Below, piece by piece: positions 52,559 through 64,000 of a stretch of DNA of 64,000 nt. A model generated the notes under the pieces. The model had not been told where the DNA came from and did not search any database. It saw nothing but the letters and a program-made list of their open reading frames with translations. Numbering within the stretch: the first letter of the stretch is position 1; each line of letters starts with the position of its first letter. Position numbers and translations under genes: made by a program. This DNA is from Octopus sinensis (lineage: Eukaryota), in assembly GCF_006345805.1 (NCBI RefSeq), contig NC_043023.1, forward strand, positions 5,704,001-5,768,000, read 5' to 3'.

Positions 52559-54325
52559 AAATTCGAAATACAGAGATGAGGGGAAGTAAATATTTAGTGA
52601 TTTTAGCAGTTGTTATTTCCCTTGTGTATTGATTTTGAAAGTGGTTGTAAAATAGCCAAGCATACTTGTTTTAGCAATTGCCATTCTATGGCACATATGA
52701 CTGTGCGGCAAGCGTGAGTCATGCTCTGTGCAAAATTATGGAGAATATGCATTTTGGGGGGAATGTTGTACAAGTATGCATATTATATAATCTGCATCAA
52801 CGTGGGTATAATCTTTAATCGTTTGCTTGTTTCAGTCATTTGACAGTGGCCATGCTGGAGTACTGCCTTTATTTGAACAAGACCCCAGGACTTATTCTTT
52901 GTAAGTCTAGTACTCACTCAATCGGATCGGTCTCTTTTGCTGAGCCGTTAAGTTATGGGGATGTAAACACACCAGCTTCGGTTGTCAAGCGATGTTGGGG
53001 GGACAGACACAGACACACACACACACTCACACACACAAACACATACACACACACACACACATACATATATACGACGGGCTTCTTTCAGTTTCCGTCTACC
53101 AAATCCACTCACAAGGCTTTGGTCAGCCCGAGGCTAAAGTAAAAGACACTAGCCCAAGGTGCCACACAGTGGGAATGAACCCAGAACCATGTGGTTCTTA
53201 AGCAAGCTATTTACCACACAGCCACTCCTGCGCCTATATATTATCTATATAATATATATTATCTTTTATCTTTTACTTGTTTTAATCATTGGACTGCAGC
53301 CATACTGGGGGCATGCTTTGAAGGGTTTAGGTCTAATGAATTGAACCCAGTATTTACACTTTTTGAAGCATGGTACTGATTCTGTTGGTTTAAGTTAAGC
53401 AAACATAAACAAACCAACCCTGGTGGTCAGCTAGTGGTGGTAGGCAAAAGCAAACACAAAGACACACATGCACATGCGTGCATATGACAGGCTTCTTTGA
53501 GTTTCCTTCTTATTTCTTTATTGCCCACAAGGGGCTAAACACAGAGGGGACAAGCAAGGACAGACAAAGGGATTAAGTCGATTACATCGACCCCAGTGCG
53601 TAACTGGTACTTAATTTATCGACCCCGAAAGGATGAAAGGCAAAGTCGACCTCGGTGGAATTTGAACTCAGAACATAGCGGCAGATGAAATACCGCTAAG
53701 CACTTCGCCCGGTGTGCTAACGTTTCTGCCAGCTCACTGCATTTGAGTTTCCTTTGGCCAAACCCACTTATAAGGATTTGGTCGGCCTGAGGTTATAGTA
53801 GAAGACACTTGACAAGGTGCCATGCAGTGGGATTCAACCCAGAACCATGTGGTTGCAAAGCAAACTTCTTACCACACAGCCATACCTGCACTTAGAGATG
53901 TGTATTATTTTCTTTAAGGATTACATCTGGGAAAAAGGGATAGTGCTCATAGCCTTCAGATGAGTCCAGTTGCACATATATATATATGTGTGTGTGTATG
54001 CAACTTTGTAACTCCTATTAGCAGACAAAACATGTGTAATGGTGAATAATAATACTAAAGCATTTTTCAATCACTTGTTTGATATGTATCATCATCATCA
54101 TCATCTTTCCATGCTAGCATGGGTTGGACGCTTCAACTGGGGTCTGGAAAGCCAGAAGGCTGCGCCAGGCTCCAGTTTGATCTGACAGTGTTTCTACGCC
54201 AACCACTCCGTTAGTGTAGTGGGTGCTTTTTACATGTCACCGACACAGGTGCCAGACAAGGCTGGCAAACGGCCACGATCGGATGGTGCTTTTTACGTGC
54301 CACTCTGAATGTATATGTATATATA

Positions 54326-54370
<45 letters not shown>

Positions 54371-54883
54371 TATATATATATTATTGTATATATATATATA
54401 TGCGTGTGGGAATATATATATGTCTGTATGTATATATATATATATATGTTGTTGTGTGTGGTGTGTGTGTGTGTGGTGTGGTATATATATACATATATAT
54501 ACACATATATATATATAGTTTATAGATCCAATAGAGGTTGAATCAACAAAAGAATACTCCATCAAGTGAGAGATGAATATCAATTTAATGTACAACCAAA
54601 AGAGCAACCAATAGTTTCATGCTTTTATGATGCTTTAGCTAGGCATATTTATAAAATTCACCATGTATCTCAAAGCAATTTTTTCAGGCTCTGTGTATGT
54701 GTTATATATATCAGAAAGAAATTAGGACACTGGTCAGTGAGAAAGTAATAAAAATATGGGGGGAGAAAAAAAAGCATGACAAAGGTTGATAGGTTAATGC
54801 ATATAATGGAACAAGAAAGAAAATTATGATTCCCATCCTCCATGTATATACACACAACACTCACACATACACACATATATATG

Positions 54884-54927
<44 letters not shown>

Positions 54928-54934
54928 AAGTATG

Positions 54935-54995
<61 letters not shown>

Positions 54996-55433
54996 AACAT
55001 ATATACATATATGTATATATGTATGTGTGTATATATATATATATCACACAACATATACATATATGTATATATGTATGTATATATAATGCCAGATCTGACT
55101 GGCCTGGTGCAGCCTTCGGGCTCCCCAGACCCCAGTTGAACCGTCCAACCCCTGCTAGCATGGAAAACGGATGCTAAATGATGATGAAGATATATGATAT
55201 ATATATATATATATAATAAATATATATATATATTTTCTGTGTATCTTTCTGTTGAAGAGCGTAGGCTCAAAACGTAAAAGACTTGTTTTATTTCTATTCC
55301 TGAGCGCCATACTAATACATTTACTTGTTTGTACTCCACCTGCCTTCGTCTTTTGTTTATTTTCATAAACCTTCCCGTTATATATATATATATACACACA
55401 CACAAGTATATAGTATATATACATACATCATAC

Positions 55434-55474
<41 letters not shown>

Positions 55475-56029
55475 ACACACACCACACATATATATATTTA
55501 AAAGTCTTTGTGAAAATTACTTGATAAACTATTACTAAATGTTTTTAAAAAGTTATAAAATCTTTATCATGCATATATATGTATATATATACATATATGT
55601 GTATGATTGTGGTTATATATATATGTGTGTGTGTGTGTATGTATGTATATGTGTGTGTATGCATACATACACATCTACATACACAGATATAATATATATT
55701 TAAAAGTTGAAAAAATACTTGATACTGTGACAAAATTTAAAGAAAGACTTCCTTAAAAGTTATCAACTATTTAAAAAAAATATTTCAAAAATCAGAAAGA
55801 CACGAATCTTTTAGAAAGAATCTTTTGAATTCTGTGCAAGTGCTTTTGTTGTTATCACTTACACAGGAATATAGAAACTAGTTTCCAAAACTTTCGTGAC
55901 ATTCTGTTTTTCAAAAATACTTTTTTTGAATAGTAAATAACTTTTAAGAAAATTTTTCTTTAAACATATATGTATATTGGTATGTATATATGGAAGGATG
56001 GATATTTGGTCGGATTGATAAATAGATAA

Positions 56030-56073
<44 letters not shown>

Positions 56074-56376
56074 GGAAAGAGACGAATATTAATAGATAGG
56101 TAGACCTGTCTTTTGCAGGAAATAGTGTGTTGATTTAGATGGAAAGCTATGTATGTATGCTCTTTACTCTTTTACTCTTTTACTTGTTTCAGTCATTTGA
56201 CTGTGACCATGCTGCAGTACTGCCTTTAGTGAAGCAAATCAACCCTGGGACTTATTCTTTGTAAGCCTAGAACATATTCTATCTGATCTCTTTTGCCGAA
56301 CCGCTAAGTTACGGGGACGTAAACACACCAGAATCGGTTGTCAAGCAATGTTGGGGGGACAAACACAGACACACAA

Positions 56377-56414
<38 letters not shown>

Positions 56415-56415
56415 A

Positions 56416-56447
<32 letters not shown>

Positions 56448-56698
56448 TATACATACATACATACAGCGGGCTTCTTTCAGTTTCTGTCTACCAAATCCAC
56501 TCACAGGGCTTTGGTCAGCCCGAGGCTATAGTAGAAGACACTTGCCCAAGGTTCCAAGCAGTGGGACTGAACCCAGAACCATGTGGTTGGTAGGCAAGCT
56601 ACATACCACACAGCCACTCCTATGTATATATAACCTTTTTTTCGTAATGAGATAAAAAACCATGGCTGTGTATATTTTAGAACGTTAATAAATAGAAG

Positions 56699-56746
56699 GT
56701 CTTACAGCTGTTTCAAGGATATTTATTATATACCTTCATCAGAGAC
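56699..56746 (-). ncRNA. Minimal type I hammerhead motif with palindromic stem III
   Basis: GUCU-CUGAUGA-AGGUAUAU(AAUAA)AUAUCCUU-GAAA-CAGCUG-UA-AGAC. Confidence 0.65.
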
Positions 56747-57678
56747 GGCGTGAGAAGATGGTTAAGCAATAGTTTTATTTAGATAAGATATGAAATAGAG
56801 AGTGAGGTGGAGGAATGAAAATAGATGTGAGATGTGTAGGGATATTGTAATTGTAGATCCATTATTTAGACAGAATGGTATAAGATTCCAATACCGTATG
56901 AGTAAAATCCAATAGTATTTAAAACTGGTCATTCCAAGTATAGAGTTTCTACACAGTGTTACTGAATCAAGGGTTATATATATATATATACATATGTTTA
57001 TATCATATATATATGTGCTATCTCGACTGTTTGTGTCAACATAAAAATAAACACAATCTACCTGTAAGGCCTAATGTGCAGGTGGCACGTAAAAACACAC
57101 TACATACAGTGTTGGCGTAACATCCACTGTAAGACACATTGCCATTACATACACCTTCTGGCTAGAACCCCGGTCGATGTAATCTAGCATGGAGAACGTT
57201 AAGGATTATATACATATAATACAGGCACACACAACACACATCCATACATATATATGTAAATAGCATGTGTGGATATACACCCACACAACACAACACATAT
57301 GTATATATCTTATATATATATATATATATCTATATATATTATATATGTATACTATATACTATATCTATATATATATATATATATGTACCATATATAAATA
57401 TACATGTATACTAAAACACACATATATATATACATATATATATATAATCATATATATACCTACATATACTATTATAATATACACACACACATACACTGCC
57501 CCCACATATCTATATATCATACATATACATGTATGTAATACATCTGCATGTACCACACAATACATATACACATATATAAATTTACTCTACACACACACAG
57601 ACTCCATACATATACACATACTTATATACAATGTATACATACATATCTGTGCAGTCGTCCTTCACACCCACTTAAAAA

Positions 57679-57778
57679 NNNNNNNNNNNNNNNNNNNNNN
57701 NNNNNNNNNNNNNNNNNNNNNNNNNNNNNNNNNNNNNNNNNNNNNNNNNNNNNNNNNNNNNNNNNNNNNNNNNNNNNN
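57679..57778. other. Assembly gap (100 N)
   Basis: Run of N. Confidence 1.
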
Positions 57779-57924
57779 ATATCCTTAAGTTCACTTATGG
57801 GAAACATTTTGAATATGCATACAAAAGCTATTCTACTATGGAGCCTACAGTCTAATGATGCTAACTGGCAATACCAGTTTTGAGGCTGCACTGAGCTGTG
57901 CCGATATAATGGAAGATAAATACA

Positions 57925-57970
<46 letters not shown>

Positions 57971-59060
57971 TAATAATAATGATAATGATAATACTAATGA
58001 TAATCCTGAGATAGAATTTATAAATATGCATTAAAATCTTTATAAATTCTATCTTAGGATTATAATTGTTACTTCTATATATATATATGTATTTTTTAGG
58101 CGTAGGAGTGGCTTTGTGGTAAATAGCTTGCTAACGAACCACATGGTTCCGGGTTCAGTCCCACTGTATGGCACCTTGGGCAAGTGTCTTCTACTATAGC
58201 CTTGGGTCGACCAAAGCCTTGTGAGTGGATTTGGTAAACAGAAACTGAAAGTAGCCTGTTGTATATATGTGTGTGCGTGGCTTAATGGTTAGGGTGTCAG
58301 CACCATGATTGTAAGATTGTGGTTTCGATTCTTGAACCGGGCGACATGTTGTGTTCTTGAGCAAAACACTTCGTTTCATGTTGCTCCAGTCCACTCAGCT
58401 GGCAAAAATGTGTAAAGTTGTGATGGACTGCGTCCCATCCAGCTGGGGAACACATACACCATTGAAACCGGGAAACCAGGCCCATGAGCCTCGCTAGGCT
58501 TTAAAAAGGGCGCATTTATTTTTTTATTATATATATATATATTGTGTGTGTGTGTGTGTGTGTGTGTGTTAGTCCCTCAAACATCGCTTGACAACTGATG
58601 TTGGTATGCTTATGTCCCCGTAACTTAATGGTTCGGCAATAAGAGACCGATGGAATAAGTACTAGGCCTACAAAGAATAAGTCCTGGGGGTCGATTTGCT
58701 TGACTAAAAGCGGCACTCCAGCATGGCCACAGTCAAATGACTGAAACAAGAGTATATATATATATATACAATAAAAGCAATTAAGATTCAAGTCAATTCT
58801 AATGAATTTACTTGAATGCGGTACTTAACTTAGATGCACCAGAAAACTATATGGTGTTAACCATACAGTAATGTGGGGTGATTAAGGTGTATTCCATTAG
58901 AAAGTACGAGTACAAAGTAGAGTTCATTAATTTAAATCTTGTGTATACATGGATCTACATTGTATCAAAACGTGTAGTGTTTGTAATAGCATGTCTGTTA
59001 AAAGTACTATTCTGTTGACTATGTATTCAATTATATGATATATATATCTATATATATATA

Positions 59061-59125
<65 letters not shown>

Positions 59126-59334
59126 ATATGGCAAATGAACGGAAGATGGAATATACAAGAATTTATTATTAATCACAACAATTGTTTTGACACATCTAGC
59201 ATATTAATTCCTCATGGATAGAGCACTCAACAACTGGTTCAGGGGTATCCAGTGGTGCAGATGTATCTCATCGGGTGATAAATAAAAACATATATATATA
59301 TACATATTCTATATATATATATGTATGTGTGTTT

Positions 59335-59518
59335 GTGTGGCTCATCCTGGAACGACTTCGCTGTCCCACCAAGTTTCTACAGATGGTGATCCAGCTGCAT
59401 GAGAATCAGCGTGGTCAGATCAGACTCAATGCTGACCTGTCGGAGCCCTTCCTCATTTCCAACGGCGTGAAGCAGGTTGCGTCCTGGCTCCGACTCTCTT
59501 CAGCATCTTCTTCAGCAT
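59335..59518 (+). mobile_element. RTE LINE reverse-transcriptase fragment
   Basis: ILERLRCPTKFLQMVIQLHENQRGQIRLNADLSEPFLISNGVKQ, then frameshifted VLAPTLFSIFFS. Confidence 0.85.
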
Positions 59519-59541
59519 GATATATATATATATATATATAA

Positions 59542-59616
<75 letters not shown>

Positions 59617-59800
59617 TATATAATATATATAAATTGAGATAGGGGTTGTGAGTGTAACCTTCTATGGGATAACATATATCCAATATACTGCTAGTAAAGC
59701 ACTCAGAAATGCTAATACATAAATGCTAAGAATTGCGATGCAATTAATTCATTTATTGTATTATATGGGCGAAGGTAAAATGTTTTACCTCAAATTCATA

Positions 59801-59896
59801 ATACAAAATAAGAAAATGGAGGAATACACTTTAATCAATAATCAACTACCAGATAATATTGATTAAAGTGTATTCCTCCATTTTCTTATTTTGTAT
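59801..59896. repeat. Perfect 40-bp-arm hairpin with a 16-nt loop
   Basis: 59801-59840 is the exact reverse complement of 59857-59896; a diverged single arm lies at ~60872-60920. Confidence 0.95.
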
Positions 59897-60503
59897 ACAT
59901 AATATATATATAAAATATATATATATTAATTTTATTAATATTTTATTAATATTTAGCAGAAGTAGCAGAGTGACTCGAGGTCCAGGAGTTTTGTGCTGGC
60001 ATTTGTATCAACTGCTATATAAACACGCAGAACTTCAGCCTGTAACTAACTTCATAAGTGCCAATGGATGAAACTTTTGGACCTTGAGTCACTCTGTTTC
60101 TTCTGCTAAATATTGATAAGAAATATATATATAGGTGCAGGAGTGGCTGGTAAGTAGCTTGCTGACAAACCACAAGGTTCTGGGTTCAGTCTCACTGCGT
60201 TGCACCTTGGGCAAGTGTCTTCTCCTATAGCCTCGGGTTGACCAAAGCCTTGTGAGTGGATTTGGTAGACGGAAACTGAAAGAAGCCCGTTGTATCATCA
60301 TCATCATCATCATCATCATTTAACGTCTGCTTTCCATGCTAGCATGGGTTGGACGATTTTGACTGATGGCTGGTGAATCAGACGGCTGCACCAGGCTCCA
60401 ATTTTGATCTGGCAGTGTTTCTACAGCTGGATTCCCTTCCTAATGCCAACCCCTTTGAGAGTGTAGTGGGTGCTTTTTACGTGCCACTGGCATGATATAT
60501 GTG

Positions 60504-60577
<74 letters not shown>

Positions 60578-60613
60578 ATATAATATATAATATATATATA
60601 TATATATATATAG

Positions 60614-60649
<36 letters not shown>

Positions 60650-62140
60650 CGAGGCGCAATGGCCTAGTGGTTAGGGCAGCGGACTTGCGTCGGAGGATCG
60701 CGGTTTCGATTCCCAGACGGGCGGGCGTTGTGTGTGTTTATTGAGCGAAAACACCTAAAAGCTCCACGAGGCTCCGGCAGGAGGTGGTGATCCCTGCTGT
60801 ACTCTAAAAGGCGGGTGCCCGCATGGCCACAGTCAAATGACTGAAACAAGTACAAAAAAAAAAAAAAAAAAATACAAGATAAGAAAATGGAGAAATACAT
60901 CTAAATCAAATATCAATTACCCCTATCTCATTTACAACCCCTTTCTCAATATATATATATGTGTGTCTGTGTTTGTCCCCCAAACATCACCTGACAACCA
61001 ATGCGGTTCAGCAAAAGAGACCGACAGAATAAGTACTGGGCTTACAAAGAATAAGTCCTGGGGTCGATTTGCTCGACTAAAGGCGGTGCTCCAGCATGGC
61101 CACAGTGAAATGACTGAAACAAGTAAAAGAGTAAAAGTGTAAAAGAGTATATATATGGACACAGACACACATGTATGTATGTCTCCATGCAGAGGTGTCT
61201 ATAATGTATCTGTAAATGTAGATAGACCACATATACTCTTTTATTCTTTTACTTGTTTCAGTCATTTGACTGCGGCCATGCTGGAGCACTGCCTTTAGTC
61301 AAGCAAATCGACCCCGGGACTTATTCTTTGTAAGCCCAGTACTTATTCTATCGGTCTATTTTGCCGAACCGCTATGTGACGGGGACGTAAACACACCAAC
61401 ATCGGTTGTCAAGCAATGCTAGGGGGACAAACACACACACATACACATACACACATATATACGACAGGCTTCTTTCAGTTTCCGTCTACCAAATCCACTC
61501 ACAAGGCTTTGGTCGGCCCGGGGCTATAGCAGAAAACACTTGTCCAAGATGCCACGCAGACCATGTGGTTGGTAAGCAAGCTTTTTACCACACAGCCACT
61601 CCTGCGCCCATATACATATATACATCTATGTGTTGGTCTCAGTGTTTACATGAAAACCATGCTGAAGCCTGCTGTTGTTCTTGTGTGTATTGTGTTTGCC
61701 TCAAGTTATGTAATATGGAAGCCGATGAGATTGACTTTGGACCGTTGCCCAGGATGGCAGTGATCCAATGACTGACACCCATAAAAGATTTACGCAACAA
61801 AACATTATCGAAGATGTATTATGTGTATGCGTGTGTCTTTGTGTGTGTGTAATTGTGTATGGTTGTGTGTATGTATTGACATCTATCTATCTATCTGTCT
61901 GTTTCTCTGTCTGTCTATCTATCTAGCCATCCATCCAGCTATCCATCTATTTACCTATTTATCTATCTAGTTATCTATCTGTCTGTCCGTTTGTTTGTCT
62001 GCCTCTTTGTCTATCCACCTATCTGTCTGTCTATCTGTCTATGTATCTATCCATCTATCTATTTGTTTGCTATCTCTCTCTCTCTCTCTCTCCCTATCTA
62101 TCTAACTATCTATCCGTCTATCTATCTGCCTGTCTGTCTT

Positions 62141-62180
<40 letters not shown>

Positions 62181-62242
62181 ATATATATATTATAATATAT
62201 ATATTATATATATATATAAATTGAAGTGTACAGTATTATCTA

Positions 62243-62274
<32 letters not shown>

Positions 62275-62891
62275 TCTTCTACTATAGACTCAGGCTTTGG
62301 TTAGCCAGAGGCTATAGTAGAAGACTCTTGTCCAAGGTGCCACGCAGTGGGACTGAACCTGGAACTATGTGGTTGGTAAACAAGCTACTTACCACACAGC
62401 AACTCCTACACCTACACATATATATATTATGTTAAATTGTTGTATGTCCAAATTTGGCCAAATGTATTTTTTTTCAATATTTATTTTTGCTTGCAATAAC
62501 CAGTTCTTTTGGCTGAATTACTGTATCTCCAGCTGTTCCAGATGCCAAGATACCAAAAATTGTCAAAGTGTAGTACAATGGTTTTGCTTTGGAATGGTGA
62601 ATCTATTATTTCATTTTCTGAAAAAGCAATGTTTTGGTCTTACGACACTTTTGTATAATAGCAATGATATATGATCTCTCAAACAACAATATTACTGACC
62701 ACAACTTTGCACTTTTGGCCACTTCACCCCATTGACCAACAATGGTTTAAATGGATGAAACTTTGAAGTATTGTCAATAATATTCTTGCTTAAGGATAAT
62801 GAATTTGTACTCTGCAAAAGTAAATATATATATATACATATATATATACATATATATATATATATAATATATATATATATATAATATATAT

Positions 62892-62922
<31 letters not shown>

Positions 62923-63293
62923 TATAATATATATATATATATGTATATATAAATGCAAAGAATGATATATGTATATATATATGTGTGTGTGTGTGTATAT
63001 ATATATATGTTATGGTGTGTATATATATATATATATATTATATATATATATATATATCATACATACATATATATATATATATATAATGTATATATAGTTA
63101 ATCCAAACATGAAAACACAAGGAGAAAACACAACAACGTGAGGACGTGGAACAATATAGTATTATTGGACGCTCAGGAAAGAAGGAAAGAAGGAGGGTTT
63201 AACTCGAGTGAGTGGCGGTCAGAAACATCGGAAAAGGAAAGATCCAAAGAAGGGAAGACAGAGGAAAAAATCACCAACGGTACACACACGGAA

Positions 63294-63326
<33 letters not shown>

Positions 63327-63559
63327 ATATATACACATATACATATATATATATGTAGTGCCGGTGGCACATAAAAAGCACCCACTACACTCTCGGAGTG
63401 GTTGGCATTAGGAAGGGCATCAAACTGTAGAAACTCTGCCAGATCAAGATTGGAGCCTGGTGCAGCCATCTAGTTTGTCAGCCCTCAGTCAAAATCATCC
63501 AACCCATGCTAGCATGGAAAGCGGAACGTTAAAACAATGATGATTAATATATATATGTG

Positions 63560-63604
<45 letters not shown>

Positions 63605-63623
63605 TATATGTATGTATTATACG

Positions 63624-63685
<62 letters not shown>

Positions 63686-64000
63686 ACACACACACATTTT
63701 TTTCCATTTATCTATTCACACACAACAGAAGCCCAAACGCAACCTGGAGTACAACAATGACATTACTACTGGACAGAACAGGGTGAAAGCTTAAGGTGGA
63801 TAAGCTCTATACTGTACACTACTATGTTCTTAACAGGCAATCATCATGTATATATCTATGTTCCATTCCTCCGGGTGAAATGCTTAGTGGTATTTCGTCT
63901 GTTGTTACGTTCTGATTTCAAATTCCGCCGAGGTCAACTTTGCCTTTCATCCTTTCGGGGTCGATAAATAAAGTACCAGTTTCGCACTGGGGGCCATATA

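Noticed and set aside
55244-55281. Hammerhead-like motif of the 26820 family
   Set aside because: Stems are intact but the core is mutated (CUGUUGA, and G12 to A); predicted inactive.
57060-57678. Unusually eroded SINE-like sequence before the gap
   Set aside because: The pattern of many small deletions next to a contig end suggests low-quality consensus rather than biology.

Overview
Repeat-rich animal genomic DNA. The SINE families, microsatellite load and protein sequence point to a coleoid cephalopod, most likely Octopus (inferred, not database-checked). One protein-coding gene spans the window: synapsin on the minus strand. I reconstructed 12 coding exons by hand (47570 down to 8147, all GT-AG, phases consistent, 1539 nt = 512 aa + TGA) with recognisable A (RRRFSSGDL), B, C (ATP-grasp), Pro/Gln-rich D and E (LRKTFAGIFGDM*) domains. 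The most striking point is that the first coding exon has no in-frame ATG between an upstream TAA and domain A; the frame opens at an ATT in a CAAA-ATT context, suggesting non-AUG initiation. Introns and flanks hold tRNA-derived SINEs, RTE, CR1 and R4/Dong LINE fragments, Tc1/mariner/pogo/TTAA-type MITEs and Penelope-like remnants. There are also several hammerhead-ribozyme motifs (some with intact cores, some sense to the pre-mRNA), long foldback hairpins and minisatellites. A 100-N assembly gap lies at 57679-57778. Almost all ORFs in the supplied track are microsatellite or transposon artefacts.
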